NCBI RefSeq assembly: GCF_000007005.1 | Contig: NC_002754.1 | From: Saccharolobus solfataricus P2 | Lineage (GTDB): Archaea; Thermoproteota; Thermoprotei_A; Sulfolobales; Sulfolobaceae | Reading direction: 5' to 3' (one strand) | DNA: 64,000 nucleotides | Shown here: piece by piece, positions 1 to 10,142 of the stretch | How the letters are laid out: every line of letters starts with the position of its first letter | Position numbering within the stretch: position 1 is the stretch's first letter | Program-made: the position numbers and the translations under genes | Notes under the pieces: generated by a model | Told to the model about the DNA's origin: nothing | The model's database searches: none | Seen by the model: the letters and a program-made list of their open reading frames with translations, nothing else

Positions 1-3
1 TAC

Positions 4-1335
4 GTGGAGGTTAGGAGACATATCGTATCGACGTTTGGGATGTCTTTTCTTAATGGCAGATTAATGGGATCGTTTAGGTTTACAGATGATGGCTATTCAG
101 TTAGGTATTACAAGGATGGCGTGTTATATTTTGCTTCATCAAATAATCCCAATGATCTACTGAGCAGCAACAAGGAGTATAAGATAGAGGGGTGGGAGAG
201 CGGTTTAGATAATACTGAACCTAAGGAGGGTAGTTATGAGGTTAAAGAGGGTAAACCTTTTGATCTCATGTCAGTTGACGAGAAGATAAGCTTCTTCAAG
301 AACCTATACGAGGCTGTAAAGGACTTCCGTTCAGTCAAAAGCGTTTCATTTTTCTATGACGAAAGTATTGAGGAGAAGGAGATTATTGTCAATGGTTCAC
401 GTATAGTTGGAAGGGTTCCTAGGCTTTACGTAGGAATGAACTTAGTCCTTAACGAGAACAATAGGACGGCTACTGCGTTTTACGAACTTGGAGGAAGTGG
501 TGGGCTGGAAGTATTAGAGAGGATGAATTTGAATGAGGTCGTAGTGGACAAGGTTAGATCTGTTACTGAGGTCTTGGCTAAGGGTAAGAGCTTTGGTGAG
601 CGGACTACTGATGTAGTTTTGAGTAATATGTTAACAGGTATAATGGCTCATGAATCTGTTGGGCATCCATTTGAGGCCGATAGAGTTTTGGGTAGGGAAT
701 TCGCCCAGGCTGGTTTGAGTTATCTAGCCGAATTGAAGGATAATAGGATAGGTAGCGATGTCGTTACTGTTATAGATGATCCTACAATACCGAACAGTGG
801 CGGTTATTACACAACAGACGATGAGGGTGTTGAAGCTAGACCTAAATACTTAATTAAGGATGGTAAGGTTAACGAATATTTACAAAATAGGTTTAGTAGT
901 AGTAAATTTAACGTTAAGAGTAATGGCTCGGCCAGGGCTGCGAATTTCGATAGGGAACCTTTAATTAGGATGTCTAATACTTTCTTTAAACCTGGTAACA
1001 TGACCTTTGATGAGCTTTTGGAAGACGTCAAGGAAGGCGTTTATATAAAGAGTTACATGGAGTGGAATATTGATGATATGAGACTAGGTCAACGATATGT
1101 TGGGTTGGAAGCTTATGAGATTAAGAACGGAAAGATTGGTGATCCAGTGCTATTCCCGGTTTTTCAAGGGAAGACTACTGAATTGTTAAAGGCAGTTGAT
1201 GCAGTTGACAATACTTTAGTATTTTATCCGGGTACTTGTGGCAAGGGTGATCCGGATCAAGGTATACCCGTTTGGCTAGGTGGGCCTAATATGAGATTGA
1301 GAAATGTTAGGATTAAGGTGATGGGAAATGAATGA
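4..1335 (+). CDS. tldD: TldD family metalloprotease (true start may lie just upstream of the window)
   Basis: HExxxH zinc motif (HESVGH), RAANFDREPLIRMSNT and C-terminal CGKGDP..PV..GGP motifs; overlaps the downstream TldE-like gene. Confidence 0.9.
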   Translation: MEVRRHIVSTFGMSFLNGRLMGSFRFTDDGYSVRYYKDGVLYFASSNNPNDLLSSNKEYKIEGWESGLDNTEPKEGSYEVKEGKPFDLMSVDEKISFFKNLYEAVKDFRSVKSVSFFYDESIEEKEIIVNGSRIVGRVPRLYVGMNLVLNENNRTATAFYELGGSGGLEVLERMNLNEVVVDKVRSVTEVLAKGKSFGERTTDVVLSNMLTGIMAHESVGHPFEADRVLGREFAQAGLSYLAELKDNRIGSDVVTVIDDPTIPNSGGYYTTDDEGVEARPKYLIKDGKVNEYLQNRFSSSKFNVKSNGSARAANFDREPLIRMSNTFFKPGNMTFDELLEDVKEGVYIKSYMEWNIDDMRLGQRYVGLEAYEIKNGKIGDPVLFPVFQGKTTELLKAVDAVDNTLVFYPGTCGKGDPDQGIPVWLGGPNMRLRNVRIKVMGNE

Positions 1336-2557
1336 GGAAATGGTAAAATACGTGCAAGAAGTAAAGGGAGAAGAAGTAGGACTATTGAGAGTGAAGACAA
1401 GGAGGATAATCATTAAGCTAGTTGAGAGTAAGGTAGCTACAATACAGAGAATGACTAACAGCTACTATTTCCTAGCGTTAAAGAAGGATAGCCAGGGGTT
1501 CTTGGGTAGGATAAACAATTTAAATGAAAAACCTAAACTAACTCCAGTAGACTTCTTCCCTATTATGAGTAAAAATGAGCGGGAATACAAAATGGTTAAG
1601 AATAACACTAACATTTTATCACTATTTGACGATTTATCACCTCTTTTATCTCTCATACAGTCGGAATATCCCCTTTACGGTATTATATCAATAGATGATG
1701 TGGAAAGATCCTTGGTTACATCTAAGGGATTCAACGGAACGGAAAGCAATCTGAGCATAAGCGGTTACTTTAGGGCTAAGAATAAAGAACATAGCGGACA
1801 GTGGGCTTTCTCGTCAACTAGCTTCTCCTCCTCTCAAGTTAAGGATAGTATAAAGAAGGCTAATGAGTTGGCATCGATTACTGGCAAATACGAGATTACC
1901 GAAGGTAAATATGATGTAATCCTCTCTCCTTTAGTAATGGGTAATTTAATGGAGAGTGTTGCGAGGATGGCTTCTGGATATGCGATAATGTCTGGTATGT
2001 CTATGTTAAAGCCTGGGGAAAAGGCAGGATCAGATAAGTTTACCTTACTAGATACTCCTAAGGAGGATAGGCCTAACTCATGGGGATTCGACGATGAAGG
2101 CACGTTTACCTACAATAAGGCTATAATAGAGAATGGTGTATTTACAACTCCTTTATTAAATAATGAACTATCCAATGTCTTCAAATTGCCTAGTACTGGA
2201 AATGCGGGATGGATATATCCAACGGCTTGGAATTTAGAGGTTAAGGAGGGAGACACTAGTTTTGAATCATTGCTGTCCGGTAATGTCGTTTTTATAAATA
2301 ATGTGTGGTATACCAGATTCCAAAATTACGCTGAGGGCGATTTCTCAACAGTTGCTAGAGATGCCACTGTAGTCTATAGAAACGGCAATCCCGTTGGAGT
2401 TATTGGTAGGGTAAGGATAGCTGATAACTTAAAGAGGATTTTAAAGAATATAGTAGAATTATCTAGAGAGAGGTACTCCGTAAGATGGTGGGATGCCCCA
2501 ATGCAAGGGGTTTATCCATACGCTTTAGTCAAGGATGTTAGGCTAAGTATAGCGTGA
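1328..2557 (+). CDS. TldE/PmbA family protein
   Basis: DTP/FDDEG motifs, no HExxxH, coupled to tldD. Confidence 0.85.
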   Translation: MNEEMVKYVQEVKGEEVGLLRVKTRRIIIKLVESKVATIQRMTNSYYFLALKKDSQGFLGRINNLNEKPKLTPVDFFPIMSKNEREYKMVKNNTNILSLFDDLSPLLSLIQSEYPLYGIISIDDVERSLVTSKGFNGTESNLSISGYFRAKNKEHSGQWAFSSTSFSSSQVKDSIKKANELASITGKYEITEGKYDVILSPLVMGNLMESVARMASGYAIMSGMSMLKPGEKAGSDKFTLLDTPKEDRPNSWGFDDEGTFTYNKAIIENGVFTTPLLNNELSNVFKLPSTGNAGWIYPTAWNLEVKEGDTSFESLLSGNVVFINNVWYTRFQNYAEGDFSTVARDATVVYRNGNPVGVIGRVRIADNLKRILKNIVELSRERYSVRWWDAPMQGVYPYALVKDVRLSIA

Positions 2558-2636
2558 TGAACCGTGTTTCAGCTGATCTGTGACGATAGCCCTTCGGCTG
2601 AGCAATTTTTTATTTTATAATTGCTAATTTTTACTT

Positions 2637-3728
2637 GTGAATGAGGAGGAGTATAGGTTAAAGTTAAGGGAATGGATAAGAAATAGCGCTCCGGAGTCAT
2701 TAAAGGGAAGAAAAATCCTATTTGAGACGGTAGAATTTGATGATTATAATGAGTTAAGGTCTTGGCAAAGGAAATTGGCTGATGCCGGATATTTGGGAAT
2801 AACTTGGCCTAAGGAGTACGGTGGGCAAGGTTTAGATCCAATTTACGAAGTAATCGCTTATGAGGAGTTCATAAGGGCAGGATTGCCATATGGTAGAAGT
2901 TTAGGGTCAATTGGTTTAATGGTAGTAGCTCCTGCCATTTTAAAGCATGGAAATGAAGATCAGAAGAGGAGATATCTACCTAGAATACTAAGGGCCGAGG
3001 ATATATGGTGTCAAGGTTTTTCTGAACCACAAGCTGGCTCAGATTTGGCTTCTGTGACCACTAGGGCCGAGGATAAGGGTGATTACTTTTTAGTTAATGG
3101 ACAAAAAATCTGGAGTAGTTATGCCCATATTGCTGATTATATGATACTCTTAGCAAGAACTGGTGAGGATAAGTATAAGGGCTTAACGATGTTCATTCTT
3201 AACATGAAGCAGGAGGGAATTAGAGTATCCCCCATAAATCAATTAACGGGAAAGAGTGACTTTAACACGGTGTATTTCAACAACGTAAAAGTTCCTAAAA
3301 ATAACGTTATAGGTAACGTTGGTGATGGTTGGAAAGTCGCCATGACAGTTTTAAATCATGAGAGGTTCATGTTGGGAGTTACAATGTTATTTACGTCAAA
3401 GATAGCCTTGGAGAGTTTGAAGGGGGTAAAGGAGAAAGAGGAGTTGGAAGATGAAGTTGAAGGTCTAGAGGCGTTTTATAGAAGGATTTTAATAAAGTTG
3501 AGGAAAGGAGAGGATATAGACGTGGAGGGATCGATGTTGAAGCTTTTGGCATCAGAGTTGCTCCAGAGGATATATGAGATCGCAGTGATGAATTACGATT
3601 TGGAAACCATAATGAAAGAGAAGTGGTATTTAGGTATGTTAGCTTCTAGGGGTAGAACAATAGCTGGGGGTACTTCAGAGATTCTTAGAAACGTGGTAGG
3701 TGAGAGAGCTCTTAAACTTCCGAAATAA
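2637..3728 (+). CDS. Acyl-CoA dehydrogenase
   Basis: WCQGFSEPQAGSDLAS, NGQKIWSS and TIAGGTSEILRN motifs. Confidence 0.92.
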   Translation: MNEEEYRLKLREWIRNSAPESLKGRKILFETVEFDDYNELRSWQRKLADAGYLGITWPKEYGGQGLDPIYEVIAYEEFIRAGLPYGRSLGSIGLMVVAPAILKHGNEDQKRRYLPRILRAEDIWCQGFSEPQAGSDLASVTTRAEDKGDYFLVNGQKIWSSYAHIADYMILLARTGEDKYKGLTMFILNMKQEGIRVSPINQLTGKSDFNTVYFNNVKVPKNNVIGNVGDGWKVAMTVLNHERFMLGVTMLFTSKIALESLKGVKEKEELEDEVEGLEAFYRRILIKLRKGEDIDVEGSMLKLLASELLQRIYEIAVMNYDLETIMKEKWYLGMLASRGRTIAGGTSEILRNVVGERALKLPK

Positions 3729-3756
3729 TTATATTGCGTTTCTCTTTTCTTATAAT

Positions 3757-4191
3757 ATGTTCTTCGATGATTTTCAAGTCGGTCAAAAGTGGGAGAGCAA
3801 GGGAAGGACTATAACTGATGCAGATGTTGTAATTTTCACTGGAATAACTGGTGCGCTTAATCCACTATTCTTAGATGAGGAGTATGGTAAAAAGACTAGA
3901 TTTAAAGGTAGAATAATACCAGGTTTGTTAACAGCCTCAATTGCAATCGGCTTAACTTATCAATTACCCGTAGATCCTTTTGGCGAGGGTTTCGTAGCTC
4001 TAACTAAATTAGAGATGGATGCCAAGAAACCAGTGAAAATAGGGGACACGTTAAGGGCGATAGTTGAGGTTACTGACAAGAAGGAGAGGGAGAAGGATGG
4101 CAGAGTATATTTGACAATTAGGACCCTGAATCAATTGGGAGAGGAAGTAATGACGTTAAAAATGGAAATATTGTGCAATAAGAGAAGTTAA
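3757..4191 (+). CDS. MaoC family (R)-enoyl-CoA hydratase
   Basis: MFFDDFQVGQ..GRTITDADV..F..ITG..NPL hotdog-fold motif; ATG at 3757 preferred over the overlapping GTG at 3700. Confidence 0.85.
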   Translation: MFFDDFQVGQKWESKGRTITDADVVIFTGITGALNPLFLDEEYGKKTRFKGRIIPGLLTASIAIGLTYQLPVDPFGEGFVALTKLEMDAKKPVKIGDTLRAIVEVTDKKEREKDGRVYLTIRTLNQLGEEVMTLKMEILCNKRS

Positions 4192-4440
4192 ATAGTAATT
4201 AAAAGTAAAGAAGTAAGTTATTTTTAAAACAATTATTATTTTTATTATGCATTATATTAGCCATGTACTAGGAGATTCAAATCTCATTTGAGACTTGGGG
4301 CTTAATTCTCCCTAACATAAACGCTAATAGTGCTTTGGTTTCAAGAGTCTCTGCTACAATGAATTTGTCAAGGAATCATTTAAGTGATGCTATGTGTGAA
4401 GTGATTATGTCATAATTTTATTGTAGAATTCCTTATTATT

Positions 4441-4494
4441 TTGACTCTTGAGAAGAGTCAACTATACGTAGGAATGACTTATAAAATGAGTCAA
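4441..4494. promoter_or_regulatory. Tandem palindromic operator-like sites (TGACT...AGTCAA) overlapping a TATA box
   Basis: TTGACT-N9-AGTCAA (4441-4461) and ATGACT-N9-AGTCAA (4474-4494); TTATAAAA inside the second site, upstream of the ATPase GTG at 4526. Confidence 0.5.
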
Positions 4495-4525
4495 ACTTAT
4501 TAGAAAGTAATCATAAATTTTCTCA

Positions 4526-5824
4526 GTGAATAGGGAGTTAATATTAAAGGCGTTAATAGACTGGAATTTCTGGTACAAGAACCAATTCGTCGGTATAGAA
4601 AGAGAGTACTCTGATCAATTGTTAGACCTATTGGAAAAAGGTTTAGCGATATCAGTAATTGGCGTGAAAAGATCTGGAAAGTCCACAATCATTAATCAAG
4701 TAGTTAAGAAGCTAATAGAGAAAAAAGGAGAAGATCCATTCGACACGCTAATAGTTAACTTTGAGGACTCTCGCTTTGGCGATATAAGAACTGCTAACGA
4801 TTTGTTCTCCTTATATGAGTTATATAAGGAGTTAAGAAAAAAGAAAAAAGATAGTAAACCGTACATTTTCTTAGATGAAGTTCAGAAGATCAAGGGATGG
4901 GAGGGATTTGTTCGGTCCATCGTAGATAGAAAGGAAGCTAATATAGTGATTTCTGGATCTACAGCGTCAGTGAACAATAAGAGCGTCAGAGAAGTACTAG
5001 CTGGTAGGCATTTAATTCTAGAAGTATTTCCACTATCCTTTAAAGAATTCTTAGAATTTAAGAACATTAGATTGGAAACGGAATTAGATATGATAGCCAA
5101 AGAAAGCGAGATTAAAGTGCTCTTCTCAGAATATTTAAGCTACGGAGGATTTCCCCTAGTAGTATCCAATGAGAGGGATAAGGAGAAGATATTACTACAA
5201 TTGTATGAGGATATAATTTTTAAAGACGTAATTAGCGAATGCAATATAAGGAATGAGGAAGAAGCTAAGAACCTAGCCATATTTTACATCTCAAACGTAG
5301 GGAATAAGATACGTTTTAGAAAAATATCTAGGTCCCTTAATATCCCCTTTAGAAACGTTCAAAGGTATACTGAGTGCATGAAAAACGCTTATCTTATTTT
5401 CTTCGTAAAAGCCCTAAGCCCAAAGCTAAGTGAAATGGCTAAATACGATAAGAAAGTGTATTGCATAGACAATGGTATATCCAACGTATTAGGATATAGG
5501 CTAAATCAAAATATCGGTAGCTTATTTGAAAATCTAATATTCCTAGAACTCTTGAGGAGATATGGGATTAACAATGTCTTCTATTATAGGGGTAGAAGGG
5601 GCGAAGTAGACTTCGTCGTAAAAGTTAAGGATGAGATAAGGGAAATATATCAAGTGACTTACCAGTTGAGTGACGTAGAGAGGGAACTAAAAGGTATCGA
5701 GGAGTTTCTAAAGATAAGAAAAACAAAGGCTTACATTATAACTTTTGATGATGAGGGAGAGATAAAGGTTGGAGATGACTTAGTGAAAGTGGTTAAGGGC
5801 TGGAAATGGTTACTGTTGGAATAA
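4526..5824 (+). CDS. AAA+ ATPase, COG1373/DUF4143 type
   Basis: Walker A GVKRSGKST, Walker B FLDEVQ, GGFP motif, C-terminal EVDFVV...YQVT nuclease-like domain. Confidence 0.9.
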   Translation: MNRELILKALIDWNFWYKNQFVGIEREYSDQLLDLLEKGLAISVIGVKRSGKSTIINQVVKKLIEKKGEDPFDTLIVNFEDSRFGDIRTANDLFSLYELYKELRKKKKDSKPYIFLDEVQKIKGWEGFVRSIVDRKEANIVISGSTASVNNKSVREVLAGRHLILEVFPLSFKEFLEFKNIRLETELDMIAKESEIKVLFSEYLSYGGFPLVVSNERDKEKILLQLYEDIIFKDVISECNIRNEEEAKNLAIFYISNVGNKIRFRKISRSLNIPFRNVQRYTECMKNAYLIFFVKALSPKLSEMAKYDKKVYCIDNGISNVLGYRLNQNIGSLFENLIFLELLRRYGINNVFYYRGRRGEVDFVVKVKDEIREIYQVTYQLSDVERELKGIEEFLKIRKTKAYIITFDDEGEIKVGDDLVKVVKGWKWLLLE

Positions 5825-6610
5825 CTTCCCTAGTAATATAACCCTTTTTAGATGAAGGTGCAAATCCAGATCTGCAGTAAACCCTATTCCCCCATGAGAC
5901 TGAATTGAGTTGAGAATTGCTTTGAAGGCTTTCTTGTATGCGTGTTTAAATATCCTCTCTGGACTTGTCGGATTAACCAAATATCTAGACCTAACTAACT
6001 CTATTCTTAAGGCATCGTCAACAATCCTATGTTTTATTGCTTGATAAGACCCAATTGGCTTACCAAACGCTATCCTATTTTTAGAGTACTCAACAGTCTC
6101 CTTAAGCACAGCAGTTGCATGACCTATAATTTGAGCCGAGGCAAGTAAAATTACCTTGTTAAAATCGAAATCTGATTTTCTCCACTCTCCCTCAATTATC
6201 TTATAAACTCTCACTGAAGGATCTGGTGATTCTATCTCCTCAACATCTACGTCATTTTTATTTGAAATCCCCTTTGGTGTAACAATGGCCTCAGCTTTAT
6301 CAACCTCAGCAACGTAATTAACGCCAACACTTACAAGATAATCAACTCCTAACATCGAGCTAAAAGCAACTATCCCCGGCAATAAGTTCTCACCAATAAT
6401 CTCGTTTAACAATAAGGCGTTTGTCAAACCAGTCTCTCTGATGAACTGGAAGATACCTAAATCCTTAACCTTACCGAAAACTTCCATAATTTTATCTCTA
6501 CTAACCTCATGTTTCTTAGACCCATACTTATTCCACTCCCTACTTAAGAACTCATTAAATGAGTTTTTAATCAGTTCTAAATCCTCATTTGTCTCAACGT
6601 CCAAAAGCAA
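5810..6610 (-). CDS. Short acyl-CoA dehydrogenase-like protein (probable non-catalytic partner subunit)
   Basis: YSKNRIAFGKPIGSYQAIKH and IQSHGGIGFT C-terminal ACAD motifs; lacks the N-terminal SEP.AGSD FAD motif. Confidence 0.75.
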   Translation of the reverse strand: MLLDVETNEDLELIKNSFNEFLSREWNKYGSKKHEVSRDKIMEVFGKVKDLGIFQFIRETGLTNALLLNEIIGENLLPGIVAFSSMLGVDYLVSVGVNYVAEVDKAEAIVTPKGISNKNDVDVEEIESPDPSVRVYKIIEGEWRKSDFDFNKVILLASAQIIGHATAVLKETVEYSKNRIAFGKPIGSYQAIKHRIVDDALRIELVRSRYLVNPTSPERIFKHAYKKAFKAILNSIQSHGGIGFTADLDLHLHLKRVILLGKLFQQ

Positions 6611-6655
6611 CTAACCTTCACCACAATTCATAATTAAGAATTAAGGTTTAAATTG

Positions 6656-7297
6656 CTATACTAAAAACTTAGAGGAACTTACACCATGCGAAACGTAGAC
6701 CATTGATGGATTAAACGACTTTATATTCTCAACACTTTTCCTTAGCCCATCGAAGTCCTCATAAATATTAGGATACTTTAATCCCCTCTTATCACCTTGC
6801 AAAGTATCACCAACTATTATAGCGTTTAATTCCGGCAAGTAAATTGAAATGGAATCGTTAGTGTGACCGGGAGTCTTAATTATTTCGACTCCCTTTACGA
6901 GTTCACCTTCCTCTAGAACAAAATCAACATTTACACCGTTGAATTTCCTAAAGAAGAAAGGTCTGCCAATTGAGAAAATAACCTTAAGCGCTGAAGAATG
7001 CAAGACTGGTTCTCTTATTTTACCGTTCTTTAAATAATTAACACCGTTATTATCAATCCCAAACTTAGCATCATTAACAAACCTCTTTACTTCATAAGCC
7101 CCTCCAATATGATCTACGTGTGAATGAGTAAATATTACGCTTTTTATCTTGTTAGGGTTCTTCCCAAGCCTAGTTATACCCTCAATGATTCTTCTCCCAC
7201 TACCTGGAGTACCACTATCGATTAGGATCAGTCCATTCTCATTAGTCTCTATTAAAAATACCTTAACGAAACTTAGAGGAATCTCAAAGACTTTCAT
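6656..7297 (-). CDS. Metallo-beta-lactamase fold hydrolase
   Basis: THSHVDH, TPGHT, GD and SHG motifs. Confidence 0.9.
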   Translation of the reverse strand: MKVFEIPLSFVKVFLIETNENGLILIDSGTPGSGRRIIEGITRLGKNPNKIKSVIFTHSHVDHIGGAYEVKRFVNDAKFGIDNNGVNYLKNGKIREPVLHSSALKVIFSIGRPFFFRKFNGVNVDFVLEEGELVKGVEIIKTPGHTNDSISIYLPELNAIIVGDTLQGDKRGLKYPNIYEDFDGLRKSVENIKSFNPSMVYVSHGVSSSKFLV

Positions 7298-7394
7298 AAG
7301 AGATAATTAGTAGTTGATAGCTAATATAGATAGCATTGGATTTTTCAGCAAGCATTTCGGATCCTACTAATTTTAACCTATATAGGTTAAGGGT

Positions 7395-7473
7395 TAGTAT
7401 TTTGGAAAAGTTCTTAGACTATGATCTAGTGGTATATCCTTTGTCTAAAGCTATAAACTTTCTGAAAGCACTA
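7395..7473. mobile_element. SM1-type MITE (79 bp, ISC1048-dependent)
   Basis: Near-identical to three other 79-bp copies here; ends match ISC1048 ends; flanked by a GT repeat. Confidence 0.9.
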
Positions 7474-7551
7474 GTGTTACAGAACTGTTCCGTTCGATGG
7501 AATCTCCGCCATGGGTGCAGGAGATCTCGGAACATCTAAGAGCTGCAGCTT

Positions 7552-8148
7552 TCATTTTTGTAACCATTCATATAGCTCCTTGAAATCCCTTACCACAACA
7601 TCTGGTTCATAGCCTAACGGGTCAACTGGCATATTTCTCCTATTAACGTATATGCCCTTCATTCCACTATTCTTAGCACCAATGACATCAAATGGATTTG
7701 ATGAAACCAGATAAGCCTCTCCCTTAACTGCCTCAAGGAAGTATCTGTAGACCTTGGGTGAAGGTTTATATTCCTTTACTCTTTCTGCACTAAATATTCC
7801 TTTAAAATAGCTTGATAAACCATTAAGTTTCAAAAGTTCCTCTATAGTCTTAGTTGTACCATTGGATAAAATGTAAATATCAGCTATTGTGGAGATGTCC
7901 TTTAAGTAGATTGCATCTTGATGTGTCCTTAGACTTCTCCACTTATTTAATTCCTCCTCTATTTTATCCTCTCCTAGGGTGTAACTTATTGCTATCTTGG
8001 TTATCTCGTCAAAATCCACATATCTTCCCATTATGGTCAATAGCCAAGTATATTCTAACTGTTTCCTTCTCATTTCTTGTGAAATTGCTGATAGATCCAA
8101 AATTGTACCGTATAAGTCAAATGCTAAGATTTTCTTTTCTTTTCCCAT
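7552..8148 (-). CDS. HAD superfamily hydrolase (haloacid dehalogenase type II-like)
   Basis: FDLYGTILD, LSNG, YKPSP and VSSNPFDVIGA motifs. Confidence 0.9.
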   Translation of the reverse strand: MGKEKKILAFDLYGTILDLSAISQEMRRKQLEYTWLLTIMGRYVDFDEITKIAISYTLGEDKIEEELNKWRSLRTHQDAIYLKDISTIADIYILSNGTTKTIEELLKLNGLSSYFKGIFSAERVKEYKPSPKVYRYFLEAVKGEAYLVSSNPFDVIGAKNSGMKGIYVNRRNMPVDPLGYEPDVVVRDFKELYEWLQK

Positions 8149-8635
8149 ATCTTTTCTTATGCTCTTATATATATATATATAAGTGATTGTAAAGATCCCA
8201 TAATTTATTTAAGTCATAATCGTGTTAACTTTCGGGAATCTCGTAAGTATTAGATTTGGTAACGAGAAATTATACGTGCTCTGGAGGAACCTTATAATCT
8301 GGTTTGAACTTTATGTATATTATAGTCTATTTGAAAGATAAGATTTTTTAAGAAACGTGATCTATTTAAGAGGATATTAGACATAACCTTACTTAATATT
8401 ATTTTATTTATAAATAAAGGTCACTCTTTAAGAACGGGCTAATTCAAGTCTCTTTTTCGACTTCCCTTTGCGACTTGTAATTTGTTAATAATGTGAATAT
8501 AAAAATGTTAACATTGGTAATCATGTATCTCTGCTAGTCAGTTGTTTTCATTGAGTTAAATTCGTAACTATCTCTGAAATAAAGTGAATTCAAGATGAAT
8601 ACTTGAATTGGCTGGACAACTCAAAAATTAGCTAA

Positions 8636-9082
8636 TTAGAAACTTATCTTGCACTTTCTAATAGTTCTACCAACAATAAAACTCCCATAAGGTAGTTGAA
8701 GTACAGCACCGTATTTCCTTATATCGTTACTCCACTTTTCTAATTCCTCGTAAACGTTAATTTCATCGTATGTAACACAAAATGCTATAGATACTCCCAT
8801 TAAAACAGTTCCTAGAGTTAGATTATTCTTAAATTCTTTATTTGTCATTATAACAGTATCCAGATAAATATTTGTATCTTTTACGAATCTCAATCTAGCA
8901 TCGCTAAAATTCAATTCCTTTGCTTCGTCCTTTACAATAATTAATACATCCAAATCAGAGTCCTTCTTATATTTCCCCATAACTCTACTTCCAAAGAATA
9001 CTATTGCAAGTACTCCTTCTCTTCTCAATAAAAAGGTGGCTTTTCTAAATAACTCCATGTTTTCTAAGATAATTCTCTGCAA
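8636..9082 (-). CDS. Minimal nucleotidyltransferase (MNT)
   Basis: FFGSRVMG...SDLDVLII motif; overlaps the HEPN gene. Confidence 0.88.
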   Translation of the reverse strand: MQRIILENMELFRKATFLLRREGVLAIVFFGSRVMGKYKKDSDLDVLIIVKDEAKELNFSDARLRFVKDTNIYLDTVIMTNKEFKNNLTLGTVLMGVSIAFCVTYDEINVYEELEKWSNDIRKYGAVLQLPYGSFIVGRTIRKCKISF

Positions 9083-9473
9083 TTTCGATCACCTCATCAG
9101 AATACTTTATTCCTTCTTTACACATTTCCTCAGTTACAAACTCCTCTGGGGTAGTTATATTATTTCCGTTAAAAAACGGGTATCTAGATATGTTCCATGC
9201 GCCAGAAAGATAGTCTAATGCGTTCAAGACTACATCTAATTCGTTTCCAAGATCTTGTAAATTATTCGAAGCATCTGCTATAATGTCGTGTTCTTTCTTA
9301 TATATCAATTTTACTTCTAACATCGCTTTCACGCTTTTTTCAACAGATTGTTGAGAGTAAAAGAGACATTCAGGATAATCTTTAAGCTCTAAAGCTCTTT
9401 TAGCTCTAATATTATCTTTTTTTGCTATATTTAAGAAGGCCTTAGAATATTCTCTAAACTTAGGTGGAATCAC
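9045..9473 (-). CDS. HEPN domain protein (HEPN-MNT pair)
   Basis: A..D...A......Y....F..QQSVEK..KA..HD pattern; adjacent to MNT. Confidence 0.88.
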   Translation of the reverse strand: MIPPKFREYSKAFLNIAKKDNIRAKRALELKDYPECLFYSQQSVEKSVKAMLEVKLIYKKEHDIIADASNNLQDLGNELDVVLNALDYLSGAWNISRYPFFNGNNITTPEEFVTEEMCKEGIKYSDEVIEIAENYLRKHGVI

Positions 9474-10142
9474 AAGTAACTTTCAAAGCAAAAGAATAAA
9501 TCTTTTGAGAAGTCTTTTTATTTATACTATCAGATCTTAGTGCTAATCTCCCTTTTTATGCTTCACAGAAATTTAGCAGAAATGTCATTGTAAATTTTTA
9601 TGCTATATCCTTTTTATTTCTAAAACGACTTTCTGAAAAAAGGCTATCTAAATTGTGTTTTCCTTACGTGTATTACGCAAGGAAGGTATTACTTTCAATT
9701 AAACTAAAAATCCAAAATGTCATGATTTCCACTGGAGTTTATGGGTCTTATCGTTTCTAGTAATACACTGTTCAGATAACTGGAGGTTAACTTGTCAAGT
9801 TGACCTAACTCTTTTCCAGAAGTGTTTTAGTTCCTAAAATCAACGATACAACGTGAAACCACGCTTAATACCCCATTCTGATTATTTCCTATGGATCTAG
9901 TAAAAATAGTAGTGATTGAGAGTAAAAATATGAATGTCACAAGGTTCTTTTCCTATATACTTAAAACAAGAGAAAAGTAGAGAAATATTCTATTATACTC
10001 TCTTTTTCCTAAATTTTAATCTTAAACTTAAGGGAAGTAGAGTCTAGACTCACGTTAGGGTATGAAATTATCTCATCCTAATTTTTATTTGGCATAACGC
10101 TAATATGAAAAACATAAATAGTTAGAGTGTTAACTATTAATT

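Noticed and set aside
4-2557. TldD/TldE as part of a RiPP cluster
   Set aside because: No precursor peptide, YcaO or other modification enzymes are visible nearby; upstream context lies outside the window.
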